A stretch of 54,023 nucleotides of DNA, the filler included, from Basidiobolus ranarum (taxonomy: Eukaryota): NCBI GenBank assembly GCA_040143965.1. It is 2 parts of 2 records of this genome, joined end to end, with 100 filler letters (N's around TTAATTAATTAA, not from the genome) between each part and the next. Parts side by side here need not be neighbours in the genome. Positions count along the whole stretch, not along the records: positions 27,075 to 54,023 come from JASJQH010000127.1; 1 more part is not named here. One strand, given 5' to 3'. The notes under the pieces are model-generated. The model saw nothing but the letters and a program-made list of their open reading frames with translations. It was not told the DNA's origin and searched no databases. The first letter of the stretch is position 1. Each line of letters starts with the position of its first letter. Below are positions 38,092 to 52,694 of this stretch, in pieces. The translations under genes and the position numbers were made by a program.

Positions 38092-41000
38092 TTTGAGGGA
38101 AGGGCACGTTCTCTGTGTTTGAATAAGGAATTCCGAACAAGAATAAATTGATGTAAGTTCGAAGCGTACGGGAAACAGTAACGATAAATCACCAGGTCAG
38201 ATGGTTTATATTTATGTAGAACGATCTCAGAATCGATCAAAAATTTCTGCTGCTAACAAGGATCAACGCCTCTGATGGATCGAAAGTTAGAGCTAGACTC
38301 GGTTACATGGCTACTTTTGGACTAATACTAGATTTGTGAGAAACTGGAGAATGGGAACTGAAGTCTCATCTCACAGTCTCTAGTTAGTCTAATTATGTTA
38401 TTGAGTTGCATGGGAAGGGTGGTATTTGGCGTATATCGGATATGTAAGTGTACCACCAAAATATATCCAAATAGGGAAAATCCATTGGCTCACCTCCAAT
38501 TCTATAATTAAACTCTAAGAGTATCAAATTGGTTATGAACATAGTAATATGAGTCGCAAACGACAATTAAATTTGTGTTCGATTGACGAAGTTGTAACCC
38601 CAAACATCCAATCCACTTTTCTCACCATCCAAATATGGCAAGTGTGTCTATTGTACTACGGTGCTTATTATAAGCATTCTTACTCAACAAACTCTTACAT
38701 CGCTCTATGCGTTTTAAGCTTAAATCTTTAATTGATTCTGAATTTTAGTGTGTCATATACGAGACTAGTATAGGAGTTTTCGAATCTATGAGAGTGCTTG
38801 GCACATTCCCCTTATCCAGCTAGCATTAAAAGAGACTCAATGGGCGCTGGAAAAAATATGCCGCATTTCCGTATCCCATGTTACGCCTTGTTAAGTAATT
38901 GGCAATATCGATGAATATTGGCTAGGGATTCTGAAATAATAGCAAAAATACTCTTGTTTTCCGTAGGCGTCTTTATTGCGTTACATATCACCCCAACATA
39001 TCATTACGCTGTTGGATTTGGGAGATAAAAACACAAGAAAAACTTGTTGGTTAATTAATAGAATATTAAACAGAAGTCTCAGGTTTAGTAGAAAGATTCA
39101 TGTCTGAGTGTATCCAGAAAAATCTCGACGATACTCTGATTAAAACTAGAGCAAATTCTGATAGTAGTCGAGAAGTTGTGTATCTTTCTTTGGTCTTTCA
39201 ATATATCTTTTATCTCATAGAATTATCTACACGATTATCTAGGAGTGACTAACGCAGATACATTTTGCCTATAAGGTGATCGAAAGGAAATCAGAGAATT
39301 GTAAGCGTTTGCATTTTCTTAGAAGCTTGACAGTTCCAAAAAATACTCAAGCTTGTATATTTTAACATGACATATTGATGGTTTGGTTGTAAGCACTATG
39401 ACATACGCTTTCATTTTCGATGCTGCTTCTACCTGCTCTTCTTAGTATATCAAATCCGTATTAGGGTAAAAAACAGAAGCCTTATTTCATGTAATTATTT
39501 GTATAATAGTGGAGCAGCTCTATACTTGAAAGAAATCGCGATAAATTGACTTGTTAAATATCTTTACCTTTATGTAAAGTGTAATATTCGTAAATAAGAT
39601 TTACAGTAAGATACTTGGGAAATTTAAATCTGCAATAAAAAAATCAAACTATATTGCACAGGTTGATCACATATAATAGTTCTGATATATCTGGAGGTAT
39701 TATGCCTATCAATCATATCTTAAAATGCCAAATGAACACAGGAACGCCCGAGCTCAAGATGTAATATTCTATCATTTTAAAAGTCTGTGTGGTTTGTGTG
39801 GCCAACCACAATCAAAGTGATAATCAGTATATTTCAGCACCAAGTTGACCCCAACATTTTCTTGCTGTAAGTGCACAGCTACAACTCATTTATTATATTG
39901 ATTTCAAGGTTATGAATGGTTACTCGATATCCTGATGTCACTAATCCCAGCCCTTTAGTTCTTGAGATTATAATTAAGTACCTAAATATTCATATATATC
40001 ATGATTAGCATAGCAATTGTTTATCTTTTGAATACTTCAAAGTTCAAGTTATGATATGTATTGAGGATATATTGGACAAATGTTGAGAAGAGACGAAATT
40101 TCACACTCCTTCAATTTTCCAAATATGCTCTCCAACCTCTCAAATAGCACTGTCATATGCCCAAGCAATCATTGTTCTCACTTGGAATACAAGTATCTAC
40201 ATTTACTTCAAAGTTCTATACAGGTGTTTTATCAGAAAGCTAGCTAACCCAATAGTATCAATCTATAAGGCCATAAGTTGGCTTAGCCCCCGTTGGTAGG
40301 AAGCATATCCCTGGAGTATACCAAAGCTATCCTTATTGCGCAACTATTTTGGCCCTCAGGGTTCTAAACAACGATAGCTGGTTATATTATACCTGTTAAC
40401 TATAACAAAACCTTTGAATATTTTATTCCCCAAATGGACAGGTTAGAATGTAGATAACAAATAAATGTTTTTACAATACATCTACTATTCAGCAAAAATA
40501 CATAATATATAGCCATAACTATGGTATTCCTATCATTACTTTAACAAATAAGGATACTAACAGCAGTGAGCCAACTACCTAGCTCCAAGTCGAAATTGTA
40601 TGCTGAATATGATATAGCGGTTGTTGAGAAAATATGTATTTAAGATAAGCAGTATATCTCTGATGCTATGTGGATGAACAACTAATCCTTCACCAGTCCA
40701 TGTATGTTAAACAATGAAAAATCATGAGCATACTTATTTTACCTCGCTGAATTACAGATAGCAACACAGTAGACAAGCTGAGGTTGCTAACATCCGTGGT
40801 TATATTAACTACATTTGTATTCAAATGCGACTAGTGCATTCTTTTGCAATCTCAACAGGTTTAATTTATCTGTTGGAAGCAAACCTCCATGCTTTGCGAG
40901 CTATAAATGTGCTGATTTGGCAAAATCGTGGGGGCATTGGAGAATTCCTGTCTACAACTATCTTTTGACTTGTGGTCGAATCCATTTAATTTTACATGTG

Positions 41001-41666
41001 ATGACTATGGCTGGCTCGTGATGATAAATCACATTGGATATCTGCCCTGTGGAGTGGTTTCTGAGTGGACACATGGAATGAAATTCAGAACATAGACAGA
41101 CCAGTTTGCTATTCATCCACTATACATTGTCTATCGCATAGTGATGAACCTCACCACTGCAGCCATTTATAGATGCTCAAATGTACCACACTCCATGACG
41201 AAGTGCATCTGTGGGAACAATTCATCTATCAATTTTAATATACCAAACGTCTGACTACTATATATAAGCAGCTCTAGTCTGTCCGTTTTTCAGACAGGCA
41301 ACCAGGTATCGTTCTCTGGCTTGATCCTTATCTTAACAGTAAGAATGAGCTATTGACAACTTCTATTTGGTATTTATAGAGCCGTTATAACAATGTCAGC
41401 TGAAGATGAATCTATACTCCTCATCATTGATTCTATACGGATCCTGATAATAGAGCATTAGCGTGTTTGGTGGTTGCCTACGTTATGAACCTCTGACGCA
41501 TGTGTTAAATAGTTACTGAGGTTGATTGAAAAGAAATACTTTTTATTATATATAACTCTGCCAGCAATCAGTCTATACCACAAATGGAAATTAATTTAAA
41601 TAATGAAACCAATGCGAATTAGAATCCACATCCAAGTGAAATCATGGCTTAGTGTGGTAGAGGATA

Positions 41667-41987
41667 TTACATGATTTGACATAAGCATGGGGGAGGACTC
41701 TCGGTTGGTTCAATATTGTATCTACTGGTGCGCTTTATGGCTCTATCCATGGCGGTACTAGGTATTAAAAGATCCCGCTTTGTGACTGTAAAGTTGATTA
41801 GTGAGCAGCTGGCTTGAGACACTGGTATCCGTTCGCGAGAGAGCTCTTCTGTTAATGTATCATGGTCTGGTACTGGTTTCGGAGAGGTTTCTGTAGATAT
41901 TGCTGTGATTACTCCAATTCGGTTCTTGCCAAGCATATCTGGACGAAGCACCATACCGCTTGATCTTACTTGAAGTTTGTTGGACAT
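41667..41987 (-). CDS. Possible small orphan gene (106 aa)
   Basis: ORF preceded by a TATA-like ATATATAT ~85 bp upstream and a C/A/T-rich leader like those of real genes here; no recognisable domain. Confidence 0.25.
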   Translation of the reverse strand: MSNKLQVRSSGMVLRPDMLGKNRIGVITAISTETSPKPVPDHDTLTEELSRERIPVSQASCSLINFTVTKRDLLIPSTAMDRAIKRTSRYNIEPTESPPPCLCQIM

Positions 41988-44900
41988 TGAGAAGCTAGTA
42001 TTTGTAATGATGAAGAATGGATATGTGAATCACGCAACTGTGGAATAGGATTACGATGTAGACGATTTAGGACGACTGATATATATTGCTATAATGTGGC
42101 TTCTCTGATGTACGCTTGGCTTTAAACTGAAGGTAGTAAAGCCAAAGCTTCAACTTTCCAGGTGGTGATATCAAAAGACAGACAAGCCAGGTGAACGAAG
42201 GAATCAGGGATGTTACTGCATTAGATGTCCTAAGGGAGGCATTTATATCGTTGAGCAAGAGGAGCCCATGCGAAAGGTCACCATAGTGAGGATTAAAAAA
42301 AACCAGTTATCTGACGAGAGGGAGGGCCAGATAATTAGTACATATGACAGACTTTCAGTAGTATAGCTAACATCTTAATAAAAACGTCAGTAGGGATCAA
42401 TTTATGAGCAAACATTGATTGAATACTATGACTCCTTTATTTTTTGGTTCATGCTTGTACATGTCAATTTAAGCAATTTCCTATGATGCAACCTGAAATT
42501 ACAGCTGGTTATTGCGTTTCTTCTATTCGTGATGAACTTTGTCCATCTAAACTAATTCAGTCATAGGATTCAGTTATTAGGGATCCTGTGAGCATCATGA
42601 TACAATGGGGTTACTTCTAGATTTCCTTATTAGCAAATACACTCATTTGGTTCTGAATAAGAGCCAGCAATCACAGAAATGAATATCGCTTGCATGTCAA
42701 TTTTGGAAAGGATGTATGGTGACATCCAATATCCAGCACTAGCACGGTCGTACCGTACTATATAACTAATTCCTGGGTGAAGGCATACCTACAATACCTT
42801 TAATAATGGCTGCATTGAGTGGTGTCTCATCACCCTTCCTCCACTATTGCTGACTTCAGTCGCCCTGCAAGTAGTGTGGGGTCCGATTAAATGTACATAT
42901 TCTATTTGATATTTAAGCGCAGACTGGATATGACTTGTCATTTAATATTGGCCATTGGCGTGCACTTTATTGGTGAATTTCACAGTTGAAACGGGCTTTC
43001 ATCAGTGAAACGGATTTTCTTTAATATGGGTGTTTCAATCTGTAAGTCAATCTTTTAACAACACTCAAGCAGTACACAGTTCTTCAAGATAGGAGCATCA
43101 ATGAGCCAAAGCGAGTCAACAGAGATTAAGTACTCTACCGATTAGTATAACCTTGACTGACACTATCTCGAATGATTCAGCTCGCAACTGATCAAATATT
43201 TAATCCATTGGCCTTATTCAGACTTGGTGCAGATGTACGCTCGACACTAATATGATATTTTGTTAGGGTCCAATGATTAGTTGGTACGAGGTATTGCATG
43301 GCCTCATTAAGCTGCTATAAACAAAACCCGTAGCTCTGCCGGCTAAGTAACAGGGAGGAACAACATCAACACTTCTTTGATAGAGGCTTTCTCTCAGTAC
43401 CAATATATAGATTCTTATCTAACCCAGATGGACACCAACTATGATTAGAGGGTCTCTAGAGGCCTGCCTGAACCTGAAATCTCTCCATCACAACACAAAA
43501 ATTGGTTTAATGTGAGATACTAGACAATGTCATAGATAGTATAATGGGAGCAGCAATAATGCTTTGTAATGAAGATCTACAGTGACAACATTTATTATGA
43601 GGTACACATATGAAAGATTTATCTGTAGCTGATTACTTGGAGTTATTCAATAGTATGCATATGGTGAATGGTGAATGAATGTAAATAATACATGAGTGTT
43701 GGTTAGGGTTAGGTACAGATTGCGAATATTTTCTAAAATTTATTGAGAAATGAAGTGTGTGTCCTGTGAATCAAAGAGACAGAATAGTCATCATAATGCA
43801 GGCGTACACCTTTGATTCGTTCTGACTGACTTCGATGAGTTGGCTTTTAATTGAAGAATCTGGAGCAAGTTCCCCTAGGTAGTTTGCTTCAAACCCAATG
43901 TTCAAGCGGATTGCTGCTGTTAAATGGATGGGGTTAGAACGCACCCCTGAACTATATTACTGGTCAGCTATATGAAAATGCTCCAACTCATTCATCGGAG
44001 ATGTTATGAACCTAGCCAAGGAATAGTTGTATGGCATCAGCATTTCTCATGAATTTAGACTAAAAACTGCGGAATTTCAAAAAGAGGCACTTTGCATGAA
44101 AAGCCAAGCCAAAGCATATGTTGTCATCAGAGTTCTGTTGTCAAACGCCTGTAGCAATTATAGGTGACTGGTATAGGATAGCGACAAATCTTGGCTGCAG
44201 GAATGCAGGATTCGAATAAGCCTCAAGCACTCAGATGCAACAAACAGAATTAATGTAGTTTTCATCTATGGAAAGAGATACAATTATGGACCCAAGTCTG
44301 TAGCATTCCTTAACTGCATGCGTTTGAGAATTAAAACATCAAATCCTGGGGAATTCATGATAGCTGTGTATATTAGTTTCGCATCCACCACAACGGATTT
44401 GTGGCAACATAAAGTACCAACGAATAGGTGGGATCTGTTGTTTTATCGCTTGCTATTTCGTCGTATATGCAAGATATTGATCTGGCTAAAGTTTATTCGG
44501 TGCAAGACGCAGAGACACGTTTGTAAATGTCATCTGGGAGTTTCCAGGCAAAGAGAACACTCTGCCATCATCTCTACTATGCTTCCTGTCGAAATCCGGG
44601 CTTTACTCGAAGGAATGGGGTTAAAGTGAGTCCAATTCAGGGGATCAGTAAGGATCTAGTGTGAAGTATATACTTCGATAAAACTTATCTGGAAGTGTGG
44701 GACGAATTTCTAGAAAGAAATGCATATTCAAGATCATCCGTCATAATTGGAGCATTACCAACCGCAAAGAAGTCATAATCTCGATGATAAAGTCTTACAT
44801 ATCATGTGAAGACTGAAACATGTTTAAGAAAAATATGCTAATCTGGTATATCCACTCTTATGGTACTTGCATTCAAATCATGTTAAAACTACTTACTGCT

Positions 44901-46942
44901 CAAGAATTAACATCGCAATTTGTCGGAATTATAATTCCAAACTTTAGACACACAATCTAAGCACGGACTCTGCAGTTTCCATTCAATTGCAGAGCTTGAT
45001 ATTTGCAAACCGCAACAGGAGCTTGCCTTTGAAAACAAGTCTCGCTCTCTATTGTCAAAGTCTACTCTTCCCAGAATGTAGTAATGAACTGGAGAGTGGA
45101 GTGATCATTGATATTCTCTTGCTGTAGTATATAAACGTGAATAACTGATATGCCGGTACTCGTACTGATCAGGTCTCATTTCACTTTGATCAATAGCATA
45201 TCAAAGTGTCTTACAATTCTAATGGTATTGAAAAACATACCTTGCGCTGCTGCCTATTCTCAATTCAAGGAGACAAGATTAGGATAGACTCGGTGATATC
45301 ATTGAGCTGAATGCTTCCCTAGAGTAATAAGAACCTATCATTAGGCTTCGCCTTCTATATGACCAGGTTTTCCAACAGGATGATAGAGATATACCTTGAT
45401 ACGTTCAAATTTGAAATGTTGGAATCTAACGCGATTAGCCAGCAGTGCTGGGACGATCACTAGGGTTAGGGCTAAGCAGTGACTTCTTGTGTTCCCAAGT
45501 GCAAATATATCCGTTGTCTTTTAGCTTATTGGACACGAAGATATTCACGTTTTCTCCAGTACGCTGGAACTTTCTTATCTAATTTGGTAGTACATCATTT
45601 ACCGATCGGCTCCACAAACGCCAATGCATTCATGTGACTGCTCGGCTTTACCACGTTTGTAAGATCAATTGAAAACAAACACTAAGTATAGACTTGTTGT
45701 ACGCGTAATAGAGCGGTGCCCACCTTGTGGAATTCCATTTGCGAAACGGTATATATTCTATCTTGAATAGAACTCCATGATACGAGGATTCAGGTAAACA
45801 CGAGTGCTAGCCTCTTGTATTCCAAGTTGTTCACGCATAGATACTGAAGGTTATGATTTGGTCTGATTGTTTTTGTTCTCGACCCGTCGAATGAGAAATA
45901 AAAAAAGCATTCAAATATGCTGATCGAGAGATTCTAATACGCGGAAGTTACCTGAAGGTGTAAAGTTGGCATCCTGTCAGATATTTGAACTATCATGCAA
46001 AGAGTAAGTGGTCATTTTCATTTTCAACCTAGTTATTTATTAATAGCAACTAGATGAAAACTACATGAGTTAAGCTTTTAGTATACTCACTAGCAGAACC
46101 ACTACTATTCATTGAACCTCTTCGGTAGAATAATAACCACTCAACAAGCCTACTACTCAACCTGATGTGCATTAACAATCCTATCTGTACAGTCGCCTTT
46201 GCGCTCTGGTTGTGCGGTGAGCAATTGGTAAATCTGTGAGCTCAAGAGTTATTGTAAAACGGAAACCCTTACCCTAGGAGTGACCTTAAGTGAAACGAGT
46301 ACGCCAATCATTCTGCTTTAATCTAGTTACAGGAATGCATAGATATTTCTGAGGTATGGGACCTTCCTTGGAGACAGAATGCATCCCAGCCTTGCAAACG
46401 CACATTCTCGATCTATATTAATTTCCAATCAGCATAGCAACTCTGGAGCTGTTGATAATTTAGATCATTTCCAAATGACCTAAAAGGGTGTTCACTTTAG
46501 TACTACCTTCTAATTTGTTACCTGGATCCAATATTAAATTTATCCCGAGCTGACATTCTCATCAGCCAGTTAAACGCTCTCTTGGTTTGAAACCAGGTAT
46601 CATCAGCTAACCAAATCCCGAGAATGCGATAATATTCAACATACCGAGTCAGCAAATGTTTTGTTAGGAATCTCCAGCTTCCGCAATAGAAATTGGCCTA
46701 TTTGTAAGTACCATGCTGCCTTAGCCTCCCATATATAATAGGTCATGAACTCCATTGTACTCCATCACTTACCGTTTACCAATATAATAGCCTCTCAGTA
46801 ATCCTTAGTTCTTTGCTGCTGTGTTTCAACAAACTTGTTATATTAGCAAACACAAATTCCCATTGATCACTATTTTCGGGTCATCACTCGTCAATTCTGT
46901 CTAAATTATCCAATCTTTCTACTGAATATATATAACTTCGCG

Positions 46943-48109
<1,167 letters not shown>

Positions 48110-50321
48110 AACACCATCATAAATTAAGGGATAGCCGGACCTATTAGTTAGAGATCTCCCTTCAATTTTTCACTGAATTACCTGAACCGAACCACAAAAC
48201 CTCCCTTACCAGAAAATAATCCACTTCTCGATGCTTTCATAGTGACGAATTTTGATTGCAGCCATTTTATACACTGAAGTGTATACTTAATTTGATGTAT
48301 TTATTATTCACAATGCCAAGAGCTGTATGTACCATACATTTCACCTCCTCTTCCCCGGTTTTAAAAGTTACTCATTATAAGCTTTGTCATTCTCGCAAAA
48401 TTTACCGATAAATTCAATAAATTATATTTTAATAGCAAGGATGCGATTTCAATCACCTGCTGAGAGATCGTTTGTTAGACTCTTTATGAACAAGAGATCA
48501 GTTGGCTTTTACTGTGGATTGGTGGCATGAAGAGACGGGGGTTAGGAAGTCAACACCAGATAATTGACGTTCAATGAGGCTCAAGGGAGTGTTGAGAAGA
48601 TTCTCACGTATTCCACTTCACATGTGTATTAGAGTCGAGTCTAGATAAATCCAAAGTTCCACACCATTTGGGCCTCAATGTAGCATGGATTAAGGTTGAA
48701 AAGCCATGGTTACCTCATCTTGGTTGATCACAAATGACGTATCGCGTCTGTATATCATACGAACTATAACTGGAACCGTAGCTCTCCTTCGCAAAAACAA
48801 CGAACTCACTTCTCCTAAGTGTTTCAAACATATCTAAATAAGGAATATCACCCAAGTATGGGACTTGTGGTGGCAGTGATTTGGACTACTCTTAATTTGA
48901 TGTATCCAAAAGTCATCCACTTTGTAATAAAGTCACTTTGGATTGGCCGGAATGCACGAAAGCTAGGCTCAAAGCTTTTCAAAACCTAAATATACGCTAG
49001 CTCAACTGTTCAAATATTGCTAGTCCCTTCCAAGAAATGAATGCAAGCATTAATCATCGATGTAGCCTAGCCTTCCGAAAACGCTCTCTACCAAATTAGA
49101 ATCCATCACGTTGCATTTATATATCCCACTGCCAATTCCTCTCTACCAGTCAAATGAAGTATCTAGCTCTCGCTAGAAGTTTTAGTTTTAGAGTAGCATG
49201 CTATCTAGTACCATTGGCTCAATGGAACTATACGGTTTGTGTGATTAAATAAGCTAGGAATATTTCAACTCTCGTCTTGTCACAGATCAAACCGATGCAG
49301 ATCATACCTGGAAAAAAATCTACAAGTTGGTCTAGGCTGGCAGAATTCCCATATATGTGAATTAGTTCACCTGATATTCACCTACTGGAGTGAGAATTTT
49401 GTTAACGATTTACCAGCTATAGGTTGTTTTGGCTAGCTAGAAACGTGTTACATTTCTTGTAGTCAGCATGGTAAGATGTCGGTGATATTACCTGGATATA
49501 TAGTTGCACTACAAAATGAGTGGACAGTTATTAGAGCCAAGAGTCACTATATTTGAATTTGATGACCCTTGAGCTTAATAATATGCTGGCCATAGCTATG
49601 CATGCTGTTTAACAGATAGTGACAGCCAGCCACAATCTAATCACACTAGACAAGCTAAAATACTAATCACCAAACCAGATGATTTCCGATTAATCACTTG
49701 TGATCGGATTCATGAAAGTGCCGATGATACAAATCGCGACTGCGAATCAGCGCTTTAGCGCTAAAACATTCGTCATATTAGTGCTAAAACTTCATATAAT
49801 TTTTGGAATCGGGATCAAGCAACGCGGTTTGAGTCTAGTATAGAATAATCAAATGGAATTTGTTTGGATCATGGTTGCTGAGCAATCTAGTATACTTCTA
49901 TTCGTAGGTTTCAACATCACTCTGCCACCACTAATCTTCCAGTTAAATGTATCCACATCACTCTAGAGCCTATAATTGTTGGTATCTCCCTATTGTTTTC
50001 ATCTCCACTCAGAGTCACAAGAGACTCGTATGTTTTACGACTTGATTGCTCAGTCATGTTGGAGAAATTCTCACACTGCTTAGTGAACTCAAGGGCTTGT
50101 ATTGGTTTGAAAAATTGAACTCCTAGCATGAGCAAGGTATATCAAGTATGTTCCAATTGTAATAAACAAGTGTTAGCCATACATAAGCTCCCATATTCTG
50201 ATTCTGAGGTAATTTTATATCAGTTATATGTAACAATAACAGTGTCCAATGTCCAAAAGAACCTATTATAATTAGGAATTGTATACCTCCGCCATGCACT
50301 GCACTCAATGCTACTCATAAT

Positions 50322-51144
50322 TGTTAAAGTATTTAGGAGCCTGTTGGAAGTGGTTTGGAGAAATAGAGAAGTTGGTGGTTTTCACTTATTGATTTATTGA
50401 GTTGAAAGTTGACTTTTATAGTTTCGTCAAGGCGTAAACAAACAAACATATAGAACGTGTTAAGAAAGGTCCCAGGAACTGTTGAAATTAGCATTGCCTA
50501 AATACCTATATAGTCATATATAGCTTAGTATTTAGTTATTCTATATTGAACTAAGATATTGTTAAAGTATTTTGGAGCCTGTTGGAAGTGGTTTGGAGAA
50601 ATTGGTGGCTTTCACTTATTGATTTATTGAGTAGAGAGTTAACATTTATACTTTTGTCCCAATGTAAGTAAACTAACGGAAAGAATATGATAAGGAAGGT
50701 CCCAGGAACATGTGTACAAAGTTTGGGGCTTCTTGAACAAGTTTGAAAAATCTATATATCTGAGAACTTCCAAGTTGGTAAAAATATTTCAAGTAAATTC
50801 CTTATGAGAATAATGAGTAATATCTTAGTAAAATGTAGAATAACTAAATACTAAGCTATATATGACTATATAGGTATTTAGGCAATGCTAATTTCAACAG
50901 TTCCTGGGACCTCTCTTAACACGTTCTATATGTTTGTTTGTTTACGCCTTGACAAAACTATAAAAGTCAACTTTCAACTCAATAACTCAATAAGTGAAAA
51001 CCATCAATTCTTCTAGTTCTCCAAACCACTTCCAACAAACTGTTGAAGTATTTTGGGAGTTTGTTAAGGATGAAGAAAAATAACAACAAATGTATATATC
51101 TCGGGTAGTAAGGAAGTTTGGGGAGTTTTAGACAAATTTCAACA
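50322..51144. mobile_element. Nested/fold-back cluster of the solo-LTR-like repeat
   Basis: Partial copies 50322-50479, 50480-50559 and 50900-51040, full copy 50560-50899, and a 104-bp derivative 51041-51144 with both family termini. Confidence 0.85.
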
Positions 51145-52694
51145 ATCTACCTCCTGAAATACTGTCAAGTTACAATTTGCAGTTAGAATACTATTATTTT
51201 TGTTTCCAGTGCTGTTGATGCGAGAGGCAATGTAGTGGCCTATTAGATTTGCATGCATAGCTAGGGAAATCAGCAAATATGAAATATATCAAAGCATCTA
51301 TGTTTTTGATCTTCTCATCCAGCAAATCATTCTAATTGCAAACTGGAAAACTTTGGTGATGCACCAGCTTATTATATGAGTTTAATATTTAAATACAGAT
51401 GTAAGCCAGTGACTCCTGCTTGGCAGTGCTACAGGAACTAGCAATATTGGAAAAGTAAATGATTCTTGCCAATCCTGAGTGGCTCGATTACTAGTGAGAA
51501 CAATCGACTTAGAGATTTCCGATGACCTGCCGTTGGTACATTCGTATGAATTTCTCTTGCATAAACTCCATTTATATTTACTATTATTGCGGTGAAACTA
51601 TCCTGGAATTGAGCCTGTACCGCAGCGGTATGACATGTATACAGTAGCTGATAGTTGGCACAACTTATCAGGTAAGTTGGGTGGAATACGTATAAGAGAA
51701 TTGTAGTGGTCAGGGATATATACTTTCTAGATAGGTAAACAAAAAAATCATATTAAAATAATAGCTGCAATATGCCCGACATTGGTGCATTTTCTTGCAA
51801 ATGGTGATATTGTCACCGCCTACTTGAGAATGATCTTTCTTGCTCCTCAATCAACTCGATAGTTAACGAAACACTGTTGATTGACAGTTCTGGAACCGCT
51901 TAAATCTTTCTGAACCATCACTTGTAATTGCCAGATTTCAAAAGAATTCTCCGACGTGTCTTGAATTTACTTGATAACCTAACTAGGAATCTTTAGGGGT
52001 TTCTGATTCAGATAAACTTGATAATCGAAGCACGGCCAGAGTGAAGAAACACCGTTAATTCAAAAGCATTTTACATCATTCAGAAACTCCAGGAATACAT
52101 GGCCACGAGTAATCCTCTTTGTTTTGTTGACTCTTCTTTGGAAGCCAAGATTTAATCTATATGCGCATAAACAGGAGAATGGCATTCTGCATTGAAGTTA
52201 CAGTCATATGAGAACCCATTGAAAATCACGCATCTCCTTGTATTCTCGCATGAAACTTTCCCAACGCTTATATACTATTACCAATACAGTGCCAACCGTT
52301 TGACCACTCAGTACATGACCGATCTTCAACATACGCTTCCTATAGACAAGTAAGGTTTTTGTGTTGGCAAAATCAATCTCGACAAATAAAACGAGAGAAT
52401 ACTGGAAGCAGGCTCAAGTGGGATTGGTATTTGAGAGAACCACCCTATCAAGTTAGCCAGGTTGGTGCTGTGTGTACCCTACTTATGATCGTTAACATAT
52501 GTATCTTTCTGCCTCATATGTTTGGAAACATTGATGGACCATTCACTTAAATAGTACCAGCTTTACTACTTTGAAGTACGTAAATCTTCCTCAGTAGCCA
52601 TTAATCCATAAGAGTCTTCCCAGCATTTATCCTTGCATCTTTAACTTGTTCTTCAAAAATCGAGCAAACGTAACTACGCTTAATTTCTAAAAAC

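Noticed and set aside
33709..38240. Many antisense and alternate-frame ORFs over the BAG, CBM18 and CDA genes (similarly over the sirtuin, RUN and bHLH genes)
   Set aside because: Shadow ORFs of real coding sequence.
43701..45472. TTAGGG-like dimers at ~43703 and ~45461
   Set aside because: Only two units each; not an interstitial telomere tract.
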